Of a stretch of DNA of 64,000 nt, positions 46,266-54,746 are shown one piece after another. The notes under the pieces are model-generated. The model was not told the DNA's origin, did no database searches, and was given only the letters and a program-made list of their open reading frames with translations. Position 1 is the first letter of the stretch. Each line of letters starts with the position of its first letter. A program made the translations under genes and the position numbers. The stretch lies in the IMG/VR virus record IMGVR_UViG_3300045988_105030. The stretch is one strand, 5' to 3'. The DNA comes from a virus.

Positions 46266-46672
46266 TGAAGAAAATTGCTTTTGACGACTTGCGCCAGTTT
46301 TTGCTTTACCGGCGCATTGTGAAGTGGAACGACGACCGCATCGAACTGGACAACGGCGTAAAAATCCGCATTGAAATGACCGACAACGACTGCTGCGCTT
46401 ATGCGTCCGGTGTATTTCAGAATGTTGTGCTGGATGCCGCCATTACCAGTGTTTCGGAGATAACCCACGAAAAATGGGAGGATGACGACACTTACGGCTG
46501 CCGCGCAAGGGTGACGATCATGCACAACAGGAACCCCATTTGCGAGGCATACGCAAACGCAGACGCCGGGAACGGTGGGTATTACTATTCTATCGCATCG
46601 TTTGTTGTGACGCTGCCCGATGTGGACGAGGAGGGCGCGTGCGAGTTCGCAAATAGCGAATTTGAGTTTTAG
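46265..46672 (+). CDS. Hypothetical protein
   Basis: 135-aa ORF with a start/stop overlap (TAATG). Confidence 0.5.
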   Translation: MKKIAFDDLRQFLLYRRIVKWNDDRIELDNGVKIRIEMTDNDCCAYASGVFQNVVLDAAITSVSEITHEKWEDDDTYGCRARVTIMHNRNPICEAYANADAGNGGYYYSIASFVVTLPDVDEEGACEFANSEFEF

Positions 46673-46710
46673 GAGTAGGACGGCGCTACTTTTGACAGGA
46701 GGATTTTGTG

Positions 46711-46923
46711 ATGACCGAATTGAAACGCTGCCCTGAGTGCGGTGGAGTTGCAACCGTTATCCATATGTACGATACCTACGATAGAGCAGACTTTGGGTGG
46801 GATGCCGGTTGTGGGAGATATAGGGCTGGTGATGGCCTCCACACAAAGGAGATGAAAGTATCTGGGCTGCCCAGCAAAGAAAAAGCAATCGAAGCATGGA
46901 ACAGGAGGGCTGAAAATGGCTAA
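46711..46923 (+). CDS. Lar-family restriction-alleviation-like zinc-ribbon protein
   Basis: ELKRCPECGG ... KEKAIEAWNRRA matches the Lar signature. RBS CAGGAGG. Confidence 0.6.
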   Translation: MTELKRCPECGGVATVIHMYDTYDRADFGWDAGCGRYRAGDGLHTKEMKVSGLPSKEKAIEAWNRRAENG

Positions 46924-47230
46924 ATACATTGACAAGGAAGCAGCAATATCACTAATCAAACGGTATGGACATGATGCAATAGACGGTGGGAGATACAGCC
47001 TTGACACTGTTGACGATTGCAGAGAACTGGCAAACCGCATTGAAGCACTTCCCACGGCAGATGTGGCGCCGGTAGTCCGTGGTCGGTGGATTAACGCTCC
47101 GCTTTGCGGAAACGCAATTTGCCGGTGTTCCGTTTGTGGCTATGTGACAAGTATTCACGCAAATCTTTCCGGGCAGATAATGCAGATGTTTTGCCAAAGC
47201 TGCGGGGCGAAAATGGACGGTGTGGAATGA
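46916..47230 (+). CDS. Phage zinc-ribbon protein
   Basis: 104 aa. DVAPVVRGRW ... CRCSVCGY ... CQSCG. Related to the ORF at the window start. Confidence 0.5.
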   Translation: MAKYIDKEAAISLIKRYGHDAIDGGRYSLDTVDDCRELANRIEALPTADVAPVVRGRWINAPLCGNAICRCSVCGYVTSIHANLSGQIMQMFCQSCGAKMDGVE

Positions 47231-47523
47231 AAATCTACAAAAATCCGTGGGTGACGCGAGAAAGCTACTTTGTGGGAACTGGCGCTGCAAAGTCAGCAAA
47301 GATGGAGGCGGCGAAATCCAGCGGCTATTCTATTGATTTTTGGGACGGTAAATGGGTCGTCAGAAAGACAGCCTATTATAACAAGTCCCTATCTGAAATG
47401 CCTGTTGTTTGCGAAAACAGATGCAGTTTGCAGGCGCGAATTGACAAGGCGATTGTGGACACGGTTCTTGGGTTTGTGGAACTGGCGAAGATGGACGGAG
47501 GTGACAACGATGCCAGCGTGTAA
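47227..47523 (+). CDS. Hypothetical protein
   Basis: ATG at 47227 overlapping the upstream stop (ATGA). 98 aa. Confidence 0.5.
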   Translation: MKIYKNPWVTRESYFVGTGAAKSAKMEAAKSSGYSIDFWDGKWVVRKTAYYNKSLSEMPVVCENRCSLQARIDKAIVDTVLGFVELAKMDGGDNDASV

Positions 47524-47755
47524 AGTTTGTGGCAGATGGTTTGCAAAAATCCGAGACGACGAGGAACTTTGCGATAAGTGTGAGGTAGCATTGAGCCGAT
47601 TGTCGGGTTATGCCGTGCCGGTGGTACGCTGCAAGGACTGCAAGTACTACGACCGGGGCGAATGCTATCATCCGAGGCACGAGCGTCATCTGCAATCTAT
47701 TTGCCAAGAGGACGACGACTTCTGCTCCTACGGCGAGAGAAAGGAGGAAATGTAA
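47510..47755 (+). CDS. Small Cys-rich phage protein (paralog of 29..211)
   Basis: 81 aa. CKVCG..CDKC, VVRCKDCKYYDRGEC and DDDFCSYGERK motifs. Confidence 0.5.
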   Translation: MPACKVCGRWFAKIRDDEELCDKCEVALSRLSGYAVPVVRCKDCKYYDRGECYHPRHERHLQSICQEDDDFCSYGERKEEM

Positions 47756-48171
47756 TGTCTGGTGGGTCTATGAACTATTTTTACGCCCAGCTTGAGCAAT
47801 ACGCCTCTTGCCTGAAGGACAAGGAACTGGTGGAGCTGGCGGAGGACATGGCGCGGCTTTTCCATAACCGTGAGTGGTTTGACTCTGGGGACATTGGCGA
47901 GGGCGCTTGGAACCGTTCCGTTGTGGAGTTCAAGAAGAAGTGGTTTTCCGCTCCCCGCGAGGAACGGTTGGAGAGGTATATCGACGAGGCCGTGTCTGAT
48001 CTGAAGGCTTCTCTTGGCATTGGCAATTTCTGCAAGGACTGCGCTCTTTTTACGCCGCAGGATGACGGATACTACGGTAGATGCCCGCACCAGACAAATG
48101 TGCTGGTGCATGGCTACGAAAAGCCTTGTGGTCTGTTTGATGCGCGGAAGGTCGGTGGTGGGGACGGATAA
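47755..48171 (+). CDS. Hypothetical protein
   Basis: 138 aa. Its ATG overlaps the upstream TAA by 1 nt. Confidence 0.5.
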   Translation: MSGGSMNYFYAQLEQYASCLKDKELVELAEDMARLFHNREWFDSGDIGEGAWNRSVVEFKKKWFSAPREERLERYIDEAVSDLKASLGIGNFCKDCALFTPQDDGYYGRCPHQTNVLVHGYEKPCGLFDARKVGGGDG

Positions 48172-48415
48172 GGCTATTTTCAAGATATGCACCGCCAAGC
48201 TATGCCCCAAGTGCATAGATGAAATGGCTGATGAGTATATCGTGCGGCCTACCCATGACATTGCGCTGGATGCGTCAAAGGACATTTCGGAAAAGGGCTA
48301 CTGTGACCGCTGCCACGAAAAGAGCGTTATGCTCCGGCGGCGCAGGTACACCATGAACGCGAGAACGCTGAAAGCAAAGGGCTACGCGGATAGGTGGCGG
48401 GAATACATGGACTGA
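48155..48415 (+). CDS. Small zinc-ribbon protein (start uncertain: ATG 48140, GTG 48155 or GTG 48158)
   Basis: CPKCIDE ... CDRCHEK motifs. Confidence 0.4.
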   Translation: MVGTDKAIFKICTAKLCPKCIDEMADEYIVRPTHDIALDASKDISEKGYCDRCHEKSVMLRRRRYTMNARTLKAKGYADRWREYMD

Positions 48416-48455
48416 CCGTGAGTATTCCCAAGAATATGACGAAAGGAATGTTTGA

Positions 48456-48477
48456 CGGTGAATACATACAACAGGCA
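48456..48477 (+). repeat. 22-nt direct repeat, left copy
   Basis: CGGTGAATACATACAACAGGCA, identical to 48936-48957 and exactly 480 nt upstream of it. Confidence 0.8.
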
Positions 48478-48560
48478 GCCCACGAGATGGGAGAATGGGA
48501 GAAGAAAGACCCCTATACCGGATGGAACAATGATCGTACATTTGTGAGGAGGAAAGCATA

Positions 48561-48941
48561 ATGGGATCTGTTTTAGGAGTCCTCGTTTGTTTCGTTCTGA
48601 TCGGCGGGTTCGTCGCATTTATCGGCCTCGTTTCCAAGGACAATGGGCAGGGACGGCAGGAGTATCGTGGCTATCAGCCCAACAAGCCCCTGAACGGTAC
48701 TCCCCCCAACAAGGGGAACTGCATACAAAAACTACCTGATGACAAGACGCGGCATAAGGCGGCGCTGATGATACAGACTGGAGATTTCCGCAACCCGGAA
48801 CGAGTTATCGGCCTCGTCTATGGGGAGGACGCAGCTATGTGGCACGCCAATATCTTCAAGACCTGCTGTGGCGCGGAATATTTCACTGACACCGGGGAAC
48901 TCGCTGGTGTTGTTATTCTGCCGAAGGAGGACGAGCGGTGA
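48561..48941 (+). CDS. Membrane-anchored hypothetical protein
   Basis: 126 aa. N-terminal TM helix VLGVLVCFVLIGGFVAFIGLV. The gene lies between the 22-nt direct repeats. Confidence 0.5.
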   Translation: MGSVLGVLVCFVLIGGFVAFIGLVSKDNGQGRQEYRGYQPNKPLNGTPPNKGNCIQKLPDDKTRHKAALMIQTGDFRNPERVIGLVYGEDAAMWHANIFKTCCGAEYFTDTGELAGVVILPKEDER

Positions 48942-48957
48942 ATACATACAACAGGCA
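48936..48957 (+). repeat. 22-nt direct repeat, right copy
   Basis: CGGTGAATACATACAACAGGCA. Overlaps the GTG start of the next gene. Confidence 0.8.
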
Positions 48958-49141
48958 ACCCCGTGGGAAACTGGAGGTTTGCCCCCACTGCGGAAGAGAC
49001 AGCGGGGAGCGCAAAATCGGTATTCATGTGCCGGAAAGGTACTATGTGCGCTGCGCGAGCTGCGGTTTCACTCTGTCAGGGTGGAGCCAGAGCGCCGCTA
49101 CGGCAAGCTGGAACAGACTGAGTAAGAAGGTGAGAACATGA
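48938..49141 (+). CDS. Zinc-ribbon protein, Lar-like
   Basis: 67 aa. CPHCG ... CASCG ... ATASWNRL. Confidence 0.5.
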   Translation: MNTYNRQPRGKLEVCPHCGRDSGERKIGIHVPERYYVRCASCGFTLSGWSQSAATASWNRLSKKVRT

Positions 49142-49295
49142 AAAGCAAATGCTGTGTTGGCTGCAAATGGCACGAGGAATGGACTTGGGCGTGCTGCAAC
49201 GGGGACAGCCCGTATTGCGCCGATTTTGTAAACTGCGGGTGTCCGCTGTATGAGGAGAAGGAAAAGGACGATGAAAAGAGAAAAAATCATCTATA
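49137..49295 (+). CDS. Small Cys-rich protein (52 aa)
   Basis: ATGA overlap with the upstream stop. Sequence MKSKCCVGCKWHEEWTWACCNGDSPYCADFVNCGCPLYEEKEKDDEKRKNHL. Below the ORF-track size cutoff. Confidence 0.35.
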
Positions 49296-49906
49296 ACGCC
49301 ATGAGCGACAACATCACACGCGCTGCCGAACTCGGCCTTTGCCCTGAGCCGTTTGTGGTTATGCGGGCAGAATATCGACGCATTGCGAAACGAAATCTTC
49401 TTCACACAATTACAGAGATCGTTTTGGCGGCAGCTTTAACGGTTACGTTGTGTGTGCTCTTATCAGATCCTGCGGAGGCGGTTTCGGATTCGCAGGACGC
49501 CTTAATAATTCAGTCTGTCAACACGTCTGAGACAGAGGCAGAGGCTTGGGAAGATCCTGACGAAGAAGAAAAAACGCGAGAGGCCATCAAGGCCAAGAGC
49601 AACGTGATCGAGGACTGTATCATCACTGGCTACTGTGCGGACTGCACGCCATATGCTCACATGAACAGGGACGAGTTCGGCCGGGTTCTGACCGCCAGCG
49701 GCCAGTGGGTATGGATTGGAAGCTGCGTTGCAACGGACCCAAGCGTCATTCCCACCGGTTCCACGGTGGTCATCGGTGACGAGACGTACATCGCCCTTGA
49801 TGTAGGGGTGAAAGGGGACCACGTTGACATCCTGATGCACCACGACGATGCAGCCGTGGTGGGAGTACGGAGAGAGACTGTTTGGTGGTGTGAGGAACGT
49901 GAATAA
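49271..49906 (+). CDS. 3D-domain (MltA/RlpA-like) cell-wall hydrolase with an N-terminal membrane anchor
   Basis: TM helix EIVLAAALTVTLCVLL. C-terminal VATDPSVIPTGSTVVIGDETYIALDVGVKGDHVDI matches the 3D-domain pattern. Confidence 0.65.
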   Translation: MKREKIIYNAMSDNITRAAELGLCPEPFVVMRAEYRRIAKRNLLHTITEIVLAAALTVTLCVLLSDPAEAVSDSQDALIIQSVNTSETEAEAWEDPDEEEKTREAIKAKSNVIEDCIITGYCADCTPYAHMNRDEFGRVLTASGQWVWIGSCVATDPSVIPTGSTVVIGDETYIALDVGVKGDHVDILMHHDDAAVVGVRRETVWWCEERE

Positions 49907-49908
49907 AG

Positions 49909-49940
49909 AAAACCAGCCTCAATGATGGGGCTGGTTTTTT
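49909..49940 (+). terminator. Intrinsic terminator
   Basis: AAAACCAGCC-10 nt-GGCTGGTTTT plus a T-tract, directly after the stop codon. Confidence 0.8.
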
Positions 49941-49948
49941 GCTTTTAT

Positions 49949-49969
49949 TTCGACACGAACTTCGACACG
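49949..49969 (+). repeat. Arm-type direct repeats, left of the att core
   Basis: TTCGACACG at 49949-57 and 49961-69. Confidence 0.55.
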
Positions 49970-50015
49970 AGAAAAATAAACCTTGTATTCATGCGCTTTT
50001 TAAGACTTTTTTCAT

Positions 50016-50041
50016 GGGTTCGACTCCCCTCGCCTCCACCA
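50016..50041 (+). other. att core: 3' end of a tRNA-Ala- or tmRNA-type gene (fragment only)
   Basis: GGGTTCGACTCCCCT-CGCCTCC-A-CCA. The acceptor strand implies 5' GGGGGCG with a G3-U70 pair. No upstream tRNA body. Confidence 0.6.
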
Positions 50042-50050
50042 AAGAGAAAG

Positions 50051-50082
50051 AAAACCCGTAACCATTGTGGTTGCGGGTTTTT
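50051..50082 (+). terminator. Intrinsic terminator directly after the tRNA/tmRNA 3' fragment
   Basis: AAAACCCGTAACCA-TTG-TGGTTGCGGGTTTT. Confidence 0.7.
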
Positions 50083-50178
50083 CTTGCATTTGCAATGGTT
50101 TGCGGATTTTCGTTGAACATAAAATATGTTAGACTTGCAGCATATTTTTTGCTCTCGCAACGTAAATTGTTGATATTT

Positions 50179-50199
50179 TTCGACACGGATTTCGACACG
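50179..50199 (+). repeat. Arm-type direct repeats, right of the att core (next to int)
   Basis: TTCGACACG at 50179-87 and 50191-99. Confidence 0.55.
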
Positions 50200-50216
50200 G
50201 ATTTCAATATGGGGTG

Positions 50217-51368
50217 TCAACGTTTGTCTTCTGTCTTTGCTTGTGGTGGCGGTAGCTTTTCGGCTGTCCGATAGAATTTTGCCATCTTGTTTTCTGCTTT
50301 CAGTCTGTCCCTTTGGGCGAGGTGCAGATAAATGTCGTGTACGGTGGAACTGTCAGACCAGCCGCCCATACTCATGACCTCGATCTCCGACAGGCGCAGG
50401 TGGTAACCAAGAGATGCGAACGAATGCCGCAGACAATGCTCCGTGATATTTGGAAGACCCTGCTGCACTGCAATAGTGCGTATGTGCCGATTGATGGTGC
50501 TGTTGGCTTGCGTTACGATGTAGCCGTCTTTTGACTGCGCCTCAAGCAGTTCTCTAAGCCGGGGTATCATGATGGGGACAGTGCGTGCGGACTGCCGCGT
50601 TTTATTGCGTTGCTTGAACACCTCTTTGTTGTGTTCGTCCCGAACAACGGCGCCGGATACAAAGATGCTGCCGTTTTTCATGTCAAAACTGTCTGGAAAA
50701 CGCAATGCCCTGATTTCTGACATTCGCAAACTGTGTAGGCCGAGAAGCATTGCCATTTCGCAGGTGTCGCCCTTTGCAGCCTCGCAGAAAGCGATGATCT
50801 GCTGTGGATCAAGGAACTCCCGCTCATTTTTCTCCGGCACAGGGAACAGAACGCGGGGGACGGGAATCTCATTTACGCGCATGATGACAGTCATAAGTCC
50901 CCATGCGTTTTTTACGGACTTGTCGGAAAGACCGGAAAGTGCCGTGTTGATCTCCGCTTGCCAGTTGACTTGTGCGCTCATAGGCTTTTGCATGATATTA
51001 TGAAAGCGGTTGCGCTGGATAACGCGGTAGCCCCGGACGGTTTCCGGCGACAGCGATTCAGATCGGTCGGCGATATAGGCATCTATCGCCTTAGTCCACG
51101 TTAAGGATGGCAGTTTTTTCTGCTGCTCCACAAAACCTGCGCGGACGGCTTTTGCTTTTGCAATACAGCGGTCTTTTGTCGTTTCGGTGACAGATCGCTT
51201 TTCGGCGGCAAGATAGATACGCCAGCTGCCGGAGGGAAGCTGCTTCGGCTCCGGAACCTTGATAATACCGTCCTTTTTGCGCTCCCGCACCTGCTTCTGG
51301 CCGCACCAGGGGCAGAACGTGGCGTTGTCGGGGACTTCGCGCTTACAGGACTTGCACTTCGTTGACAT
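50217..51368 (-). CDS. int: Phage integrase (tyrosine recombinase) with an N-terminal zinc ribbon
   Basis: 383 aa. CKSCKREVPDNATFCPWCG. Catalytic region HCLRHSFASL ... MGGWSDSSTVHDIYLH. Confidence 0.85.
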   Translation of the reverse strand: MSTKCKSCKREVPDNATFCPWCGQKQVRERKKDGIIKVPEPKQLPSGSWRIYLAAEKRSVTETTKDRCIAKAKAVRAGFVEQQKKLPSLTWTKAIDAYIADRSESLSPETVRGYRVIQRNRFHNIMQKPMSAQVNWQAEINTALSGLSDKSVKNAWGLMTVIMRVNEIPVPRVLFPVPEKNEREFLDPQQIIAFCEAAKGDTCEMAMLLGLHSLRMSEIRALRFPDSFDMKNGSIFVSGAVVRDEHNKEVFKQRNKTRQSARTVPIMIPRLRELLEAQSKDGYIVTQANSTINRHIRTIAVQQGLPNITEHCLRHSFASLGYHLRLSEIEVMSMGGWSDSSTVHDIYLHLAQRDRLKAENKMAKFYRTAEKLPPPQAKTEDKR

Positions 51369-51545
51369 TTTGATATTTTCGTGTTACCCTACTGTTGTAG
51401 GCTCCTTTCTTTAAGACTCGTGATGGTGTTGGCGGGAATAGAGCTTATATGCAAAAGCCGTCCGATTGGGCGGCTTTTTTCTTTTTTAGCAAAAATTAAC
51501 AAGAAACTTGTGGGATATAATGTAGAATGCGGTAGAACTGTCGTT

Positions 51546-52157
51546 CTATTTTCGGAGTGAGGTCTTTTTTGCAGTATCGCGCAGCACGCGGTATCCGACA
51601 ATGCTGCACACGCCGATAGAAACAGGCACAAGAAGGATCACAAGCCACGCAAACGCTGAAGGTCCGTCTTTGAGGATGAAGCCGGCACGGGGATTGCGGA
51701 AGTCGAAAAGAAGATAAACAATTAAGAGCAGGGAGAGGATCGCACCGAAAATTGAAGAAAACACAGACCAGCGCTTGTAATGATCGCGCTGGCGGATAAC
51801 GGCATCCAAGCGCTGGGTGCAAAGTCCATTGACCTGCTTCAGGCGCACCACGTCACCGGAGCTGACGGCGTTATCCAACTCCAGCTCGTGGATGCGTTCC
51901 TGCATGGCGGATGGAGCTGATGCGGGAGGCTGGATGTCAAACACTTGGTCGGCGGATATGCCGACGGCTTTCATCACCGCGACAGCATCGTACAGCTTCG
52001 GATCGCGCTCACCGGACTGCATTTTGCAGACGGTGGAATAGCTGATGCCGGACAGTTCGGCCAGTTCATCGTTGGTGATGCCCTTGTCCATTCTGGCTTT
52101 ATGGACAAGGGCAGGGAAGTCCTGAATATGCTGCGCAAGTTCCTGAATTTCTGACAT
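51546..52157 (-). CDS. Membrane-anchored XRE-family regulator
   Basis: ATG at 52157 after AAAGGGGAAAATC. HTH ITNDELAELSGISYSTVCKMQSGE plus two C-terminal TM helices. Confidence 0.65.
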   Translation of the reverse strand: MSEIQELAQHIQDFPALVHKARMDKGITNDELAELSGISYSTVCKMQSGERDPKLYDAVAVMKAVGISADQVFDIQPPASAPSAMQERIHELELDNAVSSGDVVRLKQVNGLCTQRLDAVIRQRDHYKRWSVFSSIFGAILSLLLIVYLLFDFRNPRAGFILKDGPSAFAWLVILLVPVSIGVCSIVGYRVLRDTAKKTSLRK

Positions 52158-52420
52158 GATTTTCCCCTTTCTATCTGTAACGGATACTATTTCATCCGTA
52201 AAAGTCCATATTTGGGGGACAATTACCCAGATATGAGGAAGCCTAAGAGCACCAACTACCCAAATTGGGGAGCGATTCCCCAAAATGAACGTAGACACCG
52301 CAGCTCACATAGAGTACGATTGAACCAAGCAAACGCCACAAAACGACATACGAGAGGGCAGAGAAATGAACGAACAGGAAGCAAGGAAATTGGTCTCCAC
52401 CCTGACGATGGAGGAAAAGG

Positions 52421-52774
52421 TCAGGCTTTACGAGCTGCTATCAGCGCTGCGGCAAAGCCCTGCACCTGCGCCAATTCAGTCGGCGTAAGAGAACACAGCA
52501 ACTTAACAAGAGCGGAATCGAGTTCGCTTTCCAGTTGGGAAGCGGGCTCTTTTTCTGTTTCATCGCCGTAAAGTTCGGTCAGCAAATAGGAGACGTCAAT
52601 CTCCAGAACGCGCGCAATAGCGCGAAGAGTGTCCATTGATGGTTTGGTCTTTCCTTTTTTGTAAAGAGCCATTGCCGACGGAGTGATGCTGGCAGCTTCA
52701 TAGAACTCGGCTTTTGTCAAGCCCTTGGCTTTGCATAATTGCCAAATCTTGTAAACGAACAGTTCACCATTCAC
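52421..52774 (-). CDS. XRE-family repressor (cI-like)
   Basis: 117 aa. HTH LTKAEFYEAASITPSAMALYKKGKTKPSMDTLRAIARVLEIDVSYLL. Divergent from the cro-like gene. Confidence 0.75.
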   Translation of the reverse strand: MNGELFVYKIWQLCKAKGLTKAEFYEAASITPSAMALYKKGKTKPSMDTLRAIARVLEIDVSYLLTELYGDETEKEPASQLESELDSALVKLLCSLTPTELAQVQGFAAALIAARKA

Positions 52775-53001
52775 AAAAGTATACCTCCAAAATTATGCAT
52801 TGCTACAAACATTGAAAAATGAAGTAGATTGCTCTTGAAATTGAGAAAATATTGAGTTAGTATAAAGACACGCAAAATAAATCGAGCAGATATAGAGAGA
52901 TGCTTCACCAAAATCAAGCAGAATTTGCTAAGTTATTTGAACAGGCAACCACATAATAAGGCGAATTTCAGGAAAAGTCAAGTATTTCTCAATTATTTTT
53001 G
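52775..53001. promoter_or_regulatory. Lysis-lysogeny switch region
   Basis: AT-rich. TTGAAA (52835)-17 nt-TAGTAT. ATTGAGA motif at 52840-46 and 52851-56, and inverted at 52987-93. Confidence 0.5.
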
Positions 53002-53214
53002 ATGGGAGATGAGAGATTGAGTTATAAGGAGCAAAGAAAGAAAGCCGGATATTTGCAAAAAACGGTGGCAGATTTGCTTGGGATAAGCGTTTCAGCGGTG
53101 AGCCTTTATGAGACAGGCAAGGCTGATCCTCCGGTGGCAGTTCTGCACAAGCTGTCTGCGCTGTACCGCTGCACGCTGGACGAGCTGATGAAGGGGGAGG
53201 GCAGAAAGAAATGA
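53002..53214 (+). CDS. XRE-family Cro-like regulator
   Basis: HTH YLQKTVADLLGISVSAVSLYETGKADPPVAVLHKLSALYRCTLDELM. Confidence 0.7.
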   Translation: MGDERLSYKEQRKKAGYLQKTVADLLGISVSAVSLYETGKADPPVAVLHKLSALYRCTLDELMKGEGRKK

Positions 53215-53236
53215 ACGAGATTAGGAGGGTGCAGGT

Positions 53237-53482
53237 ATGCCGAGAGTGACGTATTTGAACACAAAGAACCCCACGGAGGACAAGATCGTGGCGCTGCTGT
53301 ACGGCGCACTGGAGCGTGAGGGCGTTCAGAAGCGGGAGTTTGCAGAGGCGTTGGATATGACTACCATGACGCTTTCGCGCCGGAGAAAGTCCCCGTTGGA
53401 CTTTACGCTGGGAGAGCTGCAAAAAGCCTGCCGCAAGCTGCACATCCCCATCGAAGACCTTCGCGCCGCTATAACGCTATGA
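53237..53482 (+). CDS. Hypothetical HTH-like early protein
   Basis: 81 aa. KREFAEALDMTTMTLSRRRKSP. RBS AGGAGGGTGCAGGT. Confidence 0.5.
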   Translation: MPRVTYLNTKNPTEDKIVALLYGALEREGVQKREFAEALDMTTMTLSRRRKSPLDFTLGELQKACRKLHIPIEDLRAAITL

Positions 53483-53649
53483 GCTGGCGGTGCTTGATCT
53501 GCGGCGTGAAATTTGACACGCCGTTGGTCTTTGTGACCAAAGAGAATCTGGACGGGGAAAACGGCTGGGAAACGCGAATCGAGCGTATTTGCCCCGTGTG
53601 TGGGGAGAGCTACATGGAGGAGGTAGAGGATGAGCAGGACGCGGAATGA
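53479..53649 (+). CDS. Small zinc-ribbon protein (56 aa)
   Basis: ATGA overlap with the upstream stop. CLICG ... CPVCG motifs. Confidence 0.4.
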   Translation: MSWRCLICGVKFDTPLVFVTKENLDGENGWETRIERICPVCGESYMEEVEDEQDAE

Positions 53650-53818
53650 GCGCCGCCGGGACAGGAAATGGAAGATCCTGTTGGCCGTAAGCAGCTTCGC
53701 GGCGCTGGGTTTTCTTGGCGGCATCGAAACAGGCGGCTCGTTGTGGCTGCTGGTAGGAGAGGGAATATCCCTTGGCGGTGTGTGGGTGAGCTGCACGGCG
53801 CTGGGGCTGTATAAGTGA
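53630..53818 (+). CDS. Small membrane protein
   Basis: 62 aa with two hydrophobic helices. Confidence 0.35.
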   Translation: MSRTRNERRRDRKWKILLAVSSFAALGFLGGIETGGSLWLLVGEGISLGGVWVSCTALGLYK

Positions 53819-53838
53819 GATAGGGGAGGAAGATCGTT

Positions 53839-53979
53839 TTGGCAGGTGGCATCCTTACGCAAGGACAGGTGGCGGCGATCAACGCGGCGCTGGAGAAGAA
53901 CTACCGCGTTGAGCTGATACCGCTGAAGGACGGTGTGAAGATCGTCAAGGTCAGCAGAGCAGAGATCAAAGCCAAATAA
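53839..53979 (+). CDS. Small hypothetical protein (46 aa, TTG start)
   Basis: TTG after GGGGAGGAAGATCGT. Below the ORF-track size cutoff. Confidence 0.3.
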   Translation: MAGGILTQGQVAAINAALEKNYRVELIPLKDGVKIVKVSRAEIKAK

Positions 53980-53998
53980 TGTACCCCTCCTAAGTCGC

Positions 53999-54730
53999 TT
54001 GGAGGGAAGGGCGGAGCGTCGTCGAGTGGTTCGGAATTTCCGAACTGCTTGGCGGCGTTTTTTTGTTTGTCAGAAAGAGGTGAGAAAAACGCAGAGATTA
54101 CATTTTGAGGACAGAGAGACTTGGTTGGCAGGGCGAAATACGCAAGGGATCGGCGCCTCAGAAGCCGCAGCGGTAGTAGGCGTTTCCCCGTGGATGACCC
54201 CGATGGAGCTGTGGCGGCTGAAGGTGGGCGCGGCACAGGCGAAGGATTTGAGCGGCAGTGCCGCGGTGAGCCGGGGTGTGCGGATGGAACCGGTACTGCG
54301 CGACCTGTACGCCGCCATGCACCCCCATTACACCGTGGACTACCACGCCTACGACATTCTGTACCAAGAGGACAGACCGTGGCTTTTCGCCACGCTGGAC
54401 GGCGAGGTGACGGACGATCAGGGGCGGCGGGGCGTTTTGGAGATCAAAACCTCCACCCCCAACGGGAAACTCGGCTGGGCAAAGTGGGACGGTCAGATTC
54501 CCCTCCACTACCTGACCCAGATCCTGCACCAAATGCTGGCCACCGGCTGGGACTTTGTAGACCTGTTTGCGGCGCTGGAGAACATGGACGGCGACTTGAG
54601 CATACGCACCTACCGCTTCGAGCGGGCAGAGTTGACCGACAACTTGGCGTGGCTTTTGGAGCGGGAGGAAGATTTTCACAAAAATCATGTGCTGACCGGC
54701 ACACCGCCGGCGGCGATTTTAAGAATGTGA
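53999..54730 (+). CDS. YqaJ-type viral recombinase exonuclease (start uncertain: TTG 53999, GTG 54026 or GTG 54080)
   Basis: GIGASEAAAVVGVSPWMTPMELW ... LDGEV ... LEIKTS matches the YqaJ / lambda Exo-like PD-(D/E)XK pattern. Confidence 0.75.
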   Translation: MEGRAERRRVVRNFRTAWRRFFVCQKEVRKTQRLHFEDRETWLAGRNTQGIGASEAAAVVGVSPWMTPMELWRLKVGAAQAKDLSGSAAVSRGVRMEPVLRDLYAAMHPHYTVDYHAYDILYQEDRPWLFATLDGEVTDDQGRRGVLEIKTSTPNGKLGWAKWDGQIPLHYLTQILHQMLATGWDFVDLFAALENMDGDLSIRTYRFERAELTDNLAWLLEREEDFHKNHVLTGTPPAAILRM

Positions 54731-54746
54731 AGGAGGACAAAACCAA

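Noticed and set aside
50016-50041. A complete tRNA or tmRNA gene at the prophage B att site
   Set aside because: Only the T-arm 3' half and the acceptor 3' strand plus CCA are present. The upstream sequence cannot form the T stem or any D or anticodon arm.
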